Virus record (IMG/VR): IMGVR_UViG_3300046167_000447
Span: 1,575-65,574 of that record
Source: a virus
Lineage: Duplodnaviria; Caudoviricetes
Direction: 5' to 3' (one strand)
DNA length: 64,000 nt
The notes under the pieces were generated by a model. The model was given only the letters and a program-made list of their open reading frames with translations, ran no database searches and had not been told where the DNA came from. Below are positions 47,283 through 56,354 of the stretch, piece after piece. The position numbers were made by a program, and so were the translations under genes. Position 1 is the stretch's first letter. The number at the start of each line of letters is the position of its first letter.

Positions 47283-49829
47283 TTAAGTATACCTGATATC
47301 GCTTTTTATTGCACTTGGAAGTTTGTTCTCAAGTTCTGTTTTAACCAACCCTGCGACTGCTGCGTATCCAAACTCATTCCAATGCTGATGGTCTGTTTGT
47401 AGAAATTGAGCATCCATATATCCATCGCCATCTAAATCTAAAACACCCATAATATCTATCAGAGAAACTAGGTCTGAGTTTTCTGAATACTCAGCTACAA
47501 CCTCCTGCTGCCAAGTCCATATTTTCTCACCACCATCTTTAAGTTCCGCTATAGGAAATGTAGTATAAGACGCACCTACTGTAAAAGCACCTTCTATTAT
47601 CGTAAGTATGCCCTGACTTATGTTATAGTCTAACAGCTTTCTTAGTTTGCTTTTTATTAAGTCTTCTGCTTCTGCATCGGTTAAAGGTTCTGCTCCTGTG
47701 TAACTAGCAGCCATTTGGAATCTAGTAATCGTCCCTCCGCTAGTAATAATACAGTCAGGATTGATGGAGTACAATCCTGTGCTCTTTTTTGTAGAAAGGT
47801 TCTTGAACGAAGATGGGGCTGAATCCCACCTGTTGTTAAAGTCTGTTTCATTTTTTGGATTGCTACTTGAGTCTAAATGAAGGTCTACCTCTTCTCTAAA
47901 GAATAACGCATTAATTGTGTATGAGTAAGCGTCAAAATTATCATGACTATGCAGAAAACTCCATTGAGATTTATTATCTATATCGGGTTCTGAAGCTAAA
48001 TCACCTTGCTCTAAACCCCCGTAAAATAAGGAACTTGGACCGATTTGCGCAACCACAGAGCCTACGGGATTATTGTCCGTATACTCTATAGCTTTATCTC
48101 TAGTTATGTTTTCTTCTTTACTGAACGCTATGCTTCTTATCCTTCCGTCAAAGTAAAAGCTATCGGAAGTGGTATTGTTAGAACCTGTGAAAAATTGAGA
48201 AGCTCCCGATAATTCTGCTGTTCCTTCTGCTGAGTTGACAACAACTCCGTTAATAGCATAGAATTGGTCTCCTTCATGGTATTTTATAAGAACCTTGTTG
48301 AACTCGCCTAATCTGAAGTAAGACTTTGCATTAGTTTCATCTAATAAAAGATTCGTTGCTGTTCCCCTAACTATTACTTTAGACTTCATGTCTGACTCGC
48401 AGTATACCAAAACCCTGTTGTCTAGCGTAGTATCGCTAACACTAAGTGTAGGAAATTCTGTGCTGCTTCTCGGTGTATTAAACATAACATCGAGATACAT
48501 ATAAGCGTTTTCGTCAAATAAACTACTTCCTGTTATAGATAAGTTTTCGGCAGCTCTAACTATAGAAGTTCCCGAACGAGGAATAACGCTGCTAGGCTCT
48601 AGTCTTTTTTCTACAGTTGCTTCGTATAACGCTATGGTTTCATTTTCTCCACTCCAAAGTTCATTTCCATCAGAGTCTAAAAAATATATAGCGAACCTTG
48701 AGTTACCCGCACTAGAGGCAGACCCGCTCATGACTATTCTTTGATAGCCTGCTACGTCTAACGAAAACCTTCCTGTTGCGTTTGTCTCGCTAGAAACAGT
48801 CCCCAAGCCTAAATCATAAACAACAGAATCTTGCTCAACGTAAGAAGCATCAACTCTTTTTAGTTTTACTTTGCTAATATTCCCTATGTTTTTTACATGG
48901 ATGGCAAATGAATAATTCTGACCTGTTAAAAAATTAACCAAGTCAGATGCTATTAAATATTCGCTTGAATCTCCTCCTAGGGTTATTCTAGATGCGTTGT
49001 TTTGATTTTCAGGGCTTAGTTCAGCACAATTCAAAACATCTACATTAAATGTATTCCAATATAAATTTTTGAAGCTGTTAGAGTCTTCTAATGCGTTTTC
49101 AGATTCAGTTTCAACGAGTAACGAAGAGCAATCACCGCCGTAAGCGTAATCATATCTAGGCGTGTTTACGGGAATTTCCCCTGATGTTACATAGTTATAA
49201 ACACCGCTGCCAACAGAAATCATTGGCTTAGTAACTGTTATACTTCCTTGTGTTCCGCTAAGAACCCCATCAACATTAATAGGATAGGCTCTGTAATCAT
49301 CTGTAGGTTCTTCACAAACAAAAGAACATCTGTAGAAGCCGTTTTCTGAGGCAGACATTTCAACCCCGTATGCGCCAACAGTTTTAGAAGCTGTAGCAAC
49401 GCCTGTTTGTAAGTCAAAAGTAGCGTACTCAGAGCCACCTGATGTTTTGCTTACAGAAAGCGTAAGGTATCTAGAAGTCTCTTGTTTGGCTTCTATGTAA
49501 TACCTCCTCTCTCCGTCTTCCGATATGAGTTGACCAAGATAAAGCAATCCCGTTTCGGAATCAACTACAGCCTCTGTTCCGTCGACTGTTACGTCAGCAG
49601 TAGATGTAGCCCAATCCGAACTTCCAAAATTCTTCGAAGAGCGTATGTTGTTTTCGCTGTATCTAGCAATGTATCCGTTTGAGTCTACATAGGTAGCGGG
49701 AAATCCACAAGCTCTTGTTACAGATAAGTCTCCTAATCCATTGTTGGGTTTAACAGAGTGTACTTTGCCTGACTTTCCCATTGCAGGTCTTCCGTCAAAC
49801 CACATTGATGTAAAATCTACTTGACTCAT
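47283..49829 (-). CDS. Virion fibre/spike protein with carbohydrate-binding-like repeats and C-terminal SGNH-like domain
   Basis: PRYDY...LLVE...N motif; C-terminal DHQHWN..GY. Confidence 0.6.
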   Translation of the reverse strand: MSQVDFTSMWFDGRPAMGKSGKVHSVKPNNGLGDLSVTRACGFPATYVDSNGYIARYSENNIRSSKNFGSSDWATSTADVTVDGTEAVVDSETGLLYLGQLISEDGERRYYIEAKQETSRYLTLSVSKTSGGSEYATFDLQTGVATASKTVGAYGVEMSASENGFYRCSFVCEEPTDDYRAYPINVDGVLSGTQGSITVTKPMISVGSGVYNYVTSGEIPVNTPRYDYAYGGDCSSLLVETESENALEDSNSFKNLYWNTFNVDVLNCAELSPENQNNASRITLGGDSSEYLIASDLVNFLTGQNYSFAIHVKNIGNISKVKLKRVDASYVEQDSVVYDLGLGTVSSETNATGRFSLDVAGYQRIVMSGSASSAGNSRFAIYFLDSDGNELWSGENETIALYEATVEKRLEPSSVIPRSGTSIVRAAENLSITGSSLFDENAYMYLDVMFNTPRSSTEFPTLSVSDTTLDNRVLVYCESDMKSKVIVRGTATNLLLDETNAKSYFRLGEFNKVLIKYHEGDQFYAINGVVVNSAEGTAELSGASQFFTGSNNTTSDSFYFDGRIRSIAFSKEENITRDKAIEYTDNNPVGSVVAQIGPSSLFYGGLEQGDLASEPDIDNKSQWSFLHSHDNFDAYSYTINALFFREEVDLHLDSSSNPKNETDFNNRWDSAPSSFKNLSTKKSTGLYSINPDCIITSGGTITRFQMAASYTGAEPLTDAEAEDLIKSKLRKLLDYNISQGILTIIEGAFTVGASYTTFPIAELKDGGEKIWTWQQEVVAEYSENSDLVSLIDIMGVLDLDGDGYMDAQFLQTDHQHWNEFGYAAVAGLVKTELENKLPSAIKSDIRYT

Positions 49830-50809
49830 TATAGTAAGTTGTATTTATCGATTAATTCATCTTCAGCGTCAGAAACACTAGCAGGAGTTGAGTTAAGAAA
49901 AACAACAGCCTTAAACATAGAGTTATTGAAAGAAGGAAGGTTTCCGTAACCTATCTGAATCTTTCTTTTATTCAATGTGTTACCTGTGGTCTTGACCAAA
50001 TGAAAGTCACCAAAAACTTCATTATATATATCATCTCTAGTAGCTGAAGGAATTTCTGTCTTGTTTACATGGTATGACATAGAACTAAACTCGCCCGTAT
50101 GAGGGTCTAAACCGCTTCCGCTTTGTGCTATCAAATGGTACTGACCACTGTTTTCTGTTCCTAAAACAACCGCATTGCCTGAAACTTTAACCACACTCAG
50201 CATTGTGAACGCAGTAGAGTTTGAGAGTTTTCTTTTAGTTAGTAGACCTGTTCCTGTATTTAATACTTGGTTTTCTATATACCCTAAGTAAACGCCTGAT
50301 TTCGCTATGTACGGCATTAGCGCGGGGTCTGTGACTTCCGCATGACCTCCATTTACACCTTGGTCGTACCAAGTATGAACCAAAACATCTCCCCCTTGGG
50401 AAAAATTCACAATAGAGCTTGAGTCTATAAGCCCACCGTCAGAAAAACCTATATCTAAAGTCTCTCCATCAGAGTCTCTATATACTTTAAGGCATTTTCC
50501 AAAGTAGTCCCCTCTTTCTAAGAAAAGAGAAAAAACAGAAGCCGTTTCTATTCCTGATATATTTAACAAGCCTGTAACTGAGGATGGTGCTGTCGGGTTT
50601 AACTCCTCAATAACACTTTCCAAGCAGGACTCGCTGCCTACTAAGCCACCGTCAGATTCAACTCTCTCCAATATACTTGAAAGGTATATACTGTTGTAGC
50701 TAACAGCATCAGCTCCTGACGTATCTATGGAAAAAGTAAAAACATCATGACTCAGCTTTAGAGACACAGGAACTGCGCTCTGATTTTCTATTTGTATGCT
50801 TTTAATCAT
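49829..50809 (-). CDS. Virion protein with ConA/arabinofuranosidase-B-like domain
   Basis: VYRDSD...DIGF and V.TWYDQ motifs. Confidence 0.6.
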   Translation of the reverse strand: MIKSIQIENQSAVPVSLKLSHDVFTFSIDTSGADAVSYNSIYLSSILERVESDGGLVGSESCLESVIEELNPTAPSSVTGLLNISGIETASVFSLFLERGDYFGKCLKVYRDSDGETLDIGFSDGGLIDSSSIVNFSQGGDVLVHTWYDQGVNGGHAEVTDPALMPYIAKSGVYLGYIENQVLNTGTGLLTKRKLSNSTAFTMLSVVKVSGNAVVLGTENSGQYHLIAQSGSGLDPHTGEFSSMSYHVNKTEIPSATRDDIYNEVFGDFHLVKTTGNTLNKRKIQIGYGNLPSFNNSMFKAVVFLNSTPASVSDAEDELIDKYNLL

Positions 50810-50811
50810 TC

Positions 50812-51183
50812 TTACTGAGTTACGTCTTCATTTATTGCAAAAAGACCGTAAAGCCAAGTTTGAACGTAAAGATTGTCTATTCTTGTGGACTCTAAATCAT
50901 AAACATATCTCCCTGCTGTAGCAACAGATGCAGAGTCTATAGAGATTACTAGTCTACCTGTTGTCGAGTCAGAGTTCTTTGTATAAGTTACCGAAGCCTT
51001 GCTTATAACTACCGAATCTGAAGCGTCTCTTACTTCTAGCTCAAAACTATATAAAGACAAATCTATAGGACTTCCGTCAGCGTCTGTAAAATCAACAGTA
51101 AGAGAAAATGAATCTCCTTTTCTGCACGTAACATCTAGCCTTTTAGCTATGTCTAAGTTTACTAATGAATTTGTTGATGCCAT
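50812..51183 (-). CDS. Virion structural protein
   Basis: LDVTCRKGDSF...YVYDLE. Confidence 0.65.
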   Translation of the reverse strand: MASTNSLVNLDIAKRLDVTCRKGDSFSLTVDFTDADGSPIDLSLYSFELEVRDASDSVVISKASVTYTKNSDSTTGRLVISIDSASVATAGRYVYDLESTRIDNLYVQTWLYGLFAINEDVTQ

Positions 51184-51194
51184 TTTTTTGTCTA

Positions 51195-53636
51195 TTATCC
51201 GTTGTTAATAAATTGTTGTAGGAAGTCATCTTCCTCTTCTACTGAATTATCTTCAAGCTCGCCTCTGTCTCCTTTTCGTTGTGATATTAGTTTAGACTGC
51301 TCAACTGCTTGTTTTTTAACACGCTCATCTTTACGGTCTTCCATAACTTTCTGAACCTCAGACTTTACGTTTCCTTGAGCCTCAGCTACTTGCTTAGAGT
51401 TAGCTCCTTTGAGTTTCTCAAGCTCCATTTCAAACTTGTACTTTAACTCCATTTCCTGCATCTTGAGATTACCTCTCATTTGCTCTTCCTGCATTCTTAT
51501 TTGAGCTTTAAGCTGTTCTAACTGAGCATCAGACTGAGCCTTTGCTTGGGTAGCCTGCATATTGGCTTGAGCTTGAGCTTGGGAGTTTTGTTGAGCCATT
51601 TGCTGTAGTCTTTTTATTCTCTTTTGTCTGCGAACAACTAAGAGTCTTTCAGCTTGGTCAACATCCTTTAGTCTACGTATAGCTATAGCGTCCTCTAAGT
51701 CTAATTCCTTTTGAGCTATTGCCTGTGCGATGTTCTGCTCTAAGTATACTCTGTCCTTGTCATTCATCTCTGTTGTAACACCTACTCCAAAGTTATACAT
51801 AGGAAGTTTTTCGAATTCTTTTATAATCTTCATAGAATCCTTCCCTATTGCTTTTTCGTAAGTCTTAAACAAGACAGAATCCTTAGGTAGTATCTGAAGG
51901 GATTTAATTACATCCTCACACACTTTCTTGTACAGAACCAATGAAGAATGAGTTATGTCGTAAATAGCGTTGTTAGCGGCAGCCATTTGCTGCTCACGAA
52001 CACCTACTAAAGCATCCCCCTTTGGAGTTGAGCCGTCCATGGCTTCATTTATACCTGTAGCGTCACGAATCATTCGTAAATAATGGTTGTACAGGTTTAT
52101 TAGTTCGTTTATGTTTCTTATCGAGTTGTTTATCTCCTTGATAGGAGGGTTTTGGAATCCACCTTCAGGATTCTTGCTACGGTAGTACATAACACCCGTT
52201 TGCTCGTAGATATCCTGCAACTCTAGAGGTGATAAATCACCACCCGCTCCTAGCTGTACATTTTCTAGACCTTCGATATCAATCATAATCCCATCAGGCT
52301 TTGCCTTAGCGATAGCTTGTTGAATCTTTAGGTGAGTAAGCTGTAGTTGGTCTGCGAATCCCGTGATTCCTCCAACCATAGACTTAGGCTTCATTCTACG
52401 TATATTTGTAGCTACAGCCGAGTAAGATAATGTTGTTCTAGATAAATCGTGTATGTTGCGTGGTTGGTTTTCTTTCTTTCCGTAGTTAACAATCATGTTA
52501 CACCCCTCAAGATAAAGACCACCGTAGATGCACATTATATCCATGTAAAACGGCTTGCGCTCAAATACAGACTGAGTAGGCATCTTGTATTCCTCTCCCT
52601 TAAAGTAAAAGCCTATGTTGCCGTACTTAGAGTCCTTCTGTTCGTATACCTTGGTGTCTAATCCAATGAACTCAAAATCCAATACAGGTATCTTAAACTC
52701 ATCATAACCGTAGGATGTAGTTCCGCTACTTTGGTCATAATGCGATTGACCGATAAGACTAGAATTGTTATCATACTTTCCTTTTACTTTTTGAGCCACC
52801 TTTAACCATTGGTCTTCGGTTAAGTCTTTAGCGATTCTTTTTAAGTCTAGTATAGACATCTGTCTTATCTCACCTGCGTAGACTAAATCACGCATAGCGA
52901 AATCATCAGTATGGGAATGAATAAACTCTGAAGGGTTTACGTATCTTTCAACTATACCGTAGTTTGGGTCGTTCTCTCTTTTAACAACAGCCATACCTGA
53001 TACAACTAAATCTTCCACAGCTCTACGGAATGTAGTATCATTAAAGTCGTTCCACTCTAGGGTAAGGTTGGTTGCTATTTGTGCAGCAATCTCTGCTGCT
53101 ACTTTTACATTCGTGTCTAGAAATATCTCAGCCTCCTCTACAGTATCAGGAAGAGCATCTAGGTTTTCACCTATCTCTACACCACTTTCTTTGATTTCTT
53201 TTAGAAAGTCTTTATTCTGTATTGTAGCTTTTACTCTAGCTTTTCTATTCTCTTTTTCAGAACGGGACACAGGGTCAACAGCCTCTACATTAGGGTAGGG
53301 TCTTCTAGAAAGTATCTTGTTTACTACTATCTTAACAAACTTAGGAACGATAGGAACAGGAGACCAATCTAAGTTAAGTAGAGTTCCGTCGCTGTTGTTA
53401 GGGTCTAACGTGTTAAGTATCTGTTTGTAGATTTCTGTAGACTGAGTTCCCTGAGCGTAATCTCTGTTATTCTCAAATTCTTTCTTTCTTGTCTGATATA
53501 AACCTGTGTTTGAATCTGTTCCTCCCCATTGAGATAAAATAGCTTTAGCATACTTGATTCCGTAAGCCTTTGACATCTTCTCCATTGATGGAGCTGCGGG
53601 GTTTGGAAAGTTTCCGATTTTCTTGTTTCCGTTCAT
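51195..53636 (-). CDS. Portal protein
   Basis: LNLDWSPVPIVPKFVKIVVN and IRDATGINEA.DGSTP motifs; Gln-rich tail. Confidence 0.88.
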   Translation of the reverse strand: MNGNKKIGNFPNPAAPSMEKMSKAYGIKYAKAILSQWGGTDSNTGLYQTRKKEFENNRDYAQGTQSTEIYKQILNTLDPNNSDGTLLNLDWSPVPIVPKFVKIVVNKILSRRPYPNVEAVDPVSRSEKENRKARVKATIQNKDFLKEIKESGVEIGENLDALPDTVEEAEIFLDTNVKVAAEIAAQIATNLTLEWNDFNDTTFRRAVEDLVVSGMAVVKRENDPNYGIVERYVNPSEFIHSHTDDFAMRDLVYAGEIRQMSILDLKRIAKDLTEDQWLKVAQKVKGKYDNNSSLIGQSHYDQSSGTTSYGYDEFKIPVLDFEFIGLDTKVYEQKDSKYGNIGFYFKGEEYKMPTQSVFERKPFYMDIMCIYGGLYLEGCNMIVNYGKKENQPRNIHDLSRTTLSYSAVATNIRRMKPKSMVGGITGFADQLQLTHLKIQQAIAKAKPDGIMIDIEGLENVQLGAGGDLSPLELQDIYEQTGVMYYRSKNPEGGFQNPPIKEINNSIRNINELINLYNHYLRMIRDATGINEAMDGSTPKGDALVGVREQQMAAANNAIYDITHSSLVLYKKVCEDVIKSLQILPKDSVLFKTYEKAIGKDSMKIIKEFEKLPMYNFGVGVTTEMNDKDRVYLEQNIAQAIAQKELDLEDAIAIRRLKDVDQAERLLVVRRQKRIKRLQQMAQQNSQAQAQANMQATQAKAQSDAQLEQLKAQIRMQEEQMRGNLKMQEMELKYKFEMELEKLKGANSKQVAEAQGNVKSEVQKVMEDRKDERVKKQAVEQSKLISQRKGDRGELEDNSVEEEDDFLQQFINNG

Positions 53637-53659
53637 TTCGTACGAATAAATGTTGTAAT

Positions 53660-53669
53660 TGCAAAGATA
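53660..53669 (-). promoter_or_regulatory. -7 promoter element
   Basis: TATCTTTGCA on - strand. Confidence 0.55.
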
Positions 53670-53685
53670 ATGAATTTTAAGTAAA

Positions 53686-53713
53686 CAAAAAGGAGAGCCG
53701 AAGCCCTCCTTCT
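53686..53713 (-). terminator. Terminator
   Basis: AAGGAG/CTCCTT hairpin with A run on + strand. Confidence 0.55.
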
Positions 53714-53730
53714 GTTTCTTTCAAATTTAA

Positions 53731-55308
53731 TTACGGAGCATCCGTAACTATGTCTGAGGCGGTCATATTATACATTTGGAAAATACAATTTGCCTCTGTA
53801 CCGCTGTCTTGAAGATAAGGAAATGTATCTCCGTCTCCCATTCTCCACCAATGCTTAGGCTCTGTGGTTAGCGTAGATAAATCGAAAGGATTACCACCAT
53901 TATATATAGATGAAACATTTGCTGTTTGGTCGCTGTCCCATATAGCTAACTCGTCTATTTTTTCTCCCGCTAAAGTGTTTCCACTTATCAACTTACCGAT
54001 TCTTAGGTTTTGACCGCTCAAAGCTCCACTCCAACCATAGTTGCTGTGAGTGTTTGCTGTACTTTGACTAACTCCATCAACAAATAGCTCAAATCTGCTG
54101 TAGTAGTTGCCTATACTTCCGCTTGATGCGCCTGTAGTTCCTCCGTCATAAGTATAGACTATATGCTGCCAAACATTATTTGCTAATGCGTTTGCTGACA
54201 CCATTTTGATATTATTATTTGCACTACCGTACTGAAGCCTCAACTTGTGGGTGTTTGTCATTCTTATCTCTAGTATGCCACCGTTTGTGGTATCGTTAGA
54301 GCCGTAATACAATACAACCCTTCCGCTTGTTGTGTGCGTTGGCTTTATCCAAAAAGAAACAGTCCAAGCATCTGAAGAACCGCTACCATTTCCACTTCTT
54401 CCTAATGTACTATCTAATAGTGCTGCGTTTGCGCCTAAGTAATCCGAACTATTTAACTGAACGCTTTTAGTATTGGAAAAAAGAGGTGCAGAAACTGTTA
54501 AAACTATTGTTTCGGAATCTTCACCGTTGTAGTTGATTGCCTTTACAGGTATGTTGTAAGTACCTACTGCTAAAGACGAGCCACCTATAAGCTTTCTTAA
54601 ATTTCCTTCTACTGTAGTTACTCCACTGACATTAGACAAGTCCCACTCAAATCCAACGCCATTGTCTGCTGTTAATTCGTAATTCAGAGTTTCTCCTTCT
54701 GTAAGCGAAACAGCCAAACTTGATGTTATAACAGGCGCGTCCGAAGACGAAGTCCCTGAGTTCTGAAACAGTGCGTTTAGTGTATTTATTTTATCGTTGT
54801 CGGTTCCTGATAAAGTTACCCCGTCTATAGAAACATTGTTAAGGTTTATGTTTGAGTAGTAAGTCTTTGAACCTGCGACAGACGTTATGCTCATTGTGTC
54901 GGACTCTAATACGGCGTGTATTGTATTTACAGGGAAGTAATCGCCTGTACTCATTATAACCGTATAGTCACGGGAATCCAAGTAAAAGTTAAATAAATCT
55001 GTATCCGATGCCACCTGCTGTCCTATGCTACCCAACACATTAGCTTCTTGAGTAATGTAGTCTGCGGCAGCTTGAGCGTTAGCAAAAGCATTACCATCAG
55101 CATCTAAAAACTCTGTGTAAGGTATTCTAAAGAACTCATATACTGTTCTTTCTTCTGTGACGGTTCTTACGTCATTCTTTATATTAACAGCATTTGAATC
55201 AACGCTGTCTACTTCACCGCTAAGGCAAGAGTTCCAATATACAGGGTTACTTGACCCCTGAAAGGTTACACAGTTACCTGCCTCGTTTCTTACAATTTTA
55301 ACAGCCAT
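53731..55308 (-). CDS. LamG/ConA-domain virion protein
   Basis: WTVSFWIK, WQHIVYTY, IDELAIW and WWRMGD motifs. Confidence 0.75.
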   Translation of the reverse strand: MAVKIVRNEAGNCVTFQGSSNPVYWNSCLSGEVDSVDSNAVNIKNDVRTVTEERTVYEFFRIPYTEFLDADGNAFANAQAAADYITQEANVLGSIGQQVASDTDLFNFYLDSRDYTVIMSTGDYFPVNTIHAVLESDTMSITSVAGSKTYYSNINLNNVSIDGVTLSGTDNDKINTLNALFQNSGTSSSDAPVITSSLAVSLTEGETLNYELTADNGVGFEWDLSNVSGVTTVEGNLRKLIGGSSLAVGTYNIPVKAINYNGEDSETIVLTVSAPLFSNTKSVQLNSSDYLGANAALLDSTLGRSGNGSGSSDAWTVSFWIKPTHTTSGRVVLYYGSNDTTNGGILEIRMTNTHKLRLQYGSANNNIKMVSANALANNVWQHIVYTYDGGTTGASSGSIGNYYSRFELFVDGVSQSTANTHSNYGWSGALSGQNLRIGKLISGNTLAGEKIDELAIWDSDQTANVSSIYNGGNPFDLSTLTTEPKHWWRMGDGDTFPYLQDSGTEANCIFQMYNMTASDIVTDAP

Positions 55309-55316
55309 ATTTTTAT

Positions 55317-56114
55317 TTATTTTGTAATAGTTACTAAAAGGGATAAAGGTTGAATTAACACAGGGTTGTCTGACTTAATTACAGGAAGAGTAATTGCATT
55401 GATGTCTTCGTTGGAAGCTAAGTAAGCCGTTGAAGTAACACGCTGTAGTTTAGTTTCACCTACAGTGCCTGTTCCGAAAAAATTTGTAGCCCCTTGTAAG
55501 AAAAACTCAAAAGTAATGTTATCTGAGCTGTCTCGTGTAGCCCACCATAAACCACTCTCTACGGTGGTGTTTTGAACCTGAGGGACGATATTGTAGTCAA
55601 AACGAACAGATACCAAATCACCTACACTCAAGCCATCTAAAGCGATAGTGCCCGTGTCAGTTGATTGATTGCCTGTCATACTTGATGCAGACCATCCCGA
55701 AAAGTCGTAATCTATAAGGGTGGTTGTTTTTCCTGCGGGTAAATGGTCACCTGCAAACATACCGAAACCTTCGAAGTTCATGTTCGGTGAAGGACTAGAC
55801 CAATAAGGAGCATCAACAGTTTCATGCACTGTCCTGTCTAATCCAAACCTAAGATAGTCTCCATTTGTAGCGTTTTGTGTTGTGTAAGATACGCTGTTGC
55901 TTGAATCCCATACAAACCCTGTTAAATCTGTCTTAGCTTGAAACCCTCCTGTGAACTCATAACCCGACGAGTTTACAACCATTTCCAAGTTTGCTTTCTT
56001 TGTAGTCCCTGTGTCTGCTTGTGTTGTGTCGTTTGTGTCAACGACAGGGACGAACATCCCCGAACCATCCACGTTACCAACATTTGATAACTGAGATATT
56101 TTTGTATTAGGCAT
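55317..56114 (-). CDS. Virion/tail fibre-associated protein
   Basis: MPNTKISQL N-terminus typical of fibre proteins. Confidence 0.6.
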   Translation of the reverse strand: MPNTKISQLSNVGNVDGSGMFVPVVDTNDTTQADTGTTKKANLEMVVNSSGYEFTGGFQAKTDLTGFVWDSSNSVSYTTQNATNGDYLRFGLDRTVHETVDAPYWSSPSPNMNFEGFGMFAGDHLPAGKTTTLIDYDFSGWSASSMTGNQSTDTGTIALDGLSVGDLVSVRFDYNIVPQVQNTTVESGLWWATRDSSDNITFEFFLQGATNFFGTGTVGETKLQRVTSTAYLASNEDINAITLPVIKSDNPVLIQPLSLLVTITK

Positions 56115-56135
56115 AGTTTATTTGTGTTTATTGTT

Positions 56136-56354
56136 CTATGTATTACTTTGTAAAAACCAATCATTACTGAGTGATTCCACCAAAGTCAGTGCTGCATCAT
56201 ATTTAGGATGCTTCAGTATAGCGTAATCCGTTCCGCTTGGATGTTCTGTAATAGATGCCCAATCGGTAGTGTAAATGCCATCATAACCCTCGCCTTCAAC
56301 TACTAAAGTATTGTAGGCTACTAATTCTTCTTTATTTTGTGAGGTGTAGTACAT
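56136..56354 (-). CDS. Hypothetical protein (possible fibre chaperone)
   Basis: Coupled to preceding gene. Confidence 0.6.
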   Translation of the reverse strand: MYYTSQNKEELVAYNTLVVEGEGYDGIYTTDWASITEHPSGTDYAILKHPKYDAALTLVESLSNDWFLQSNT

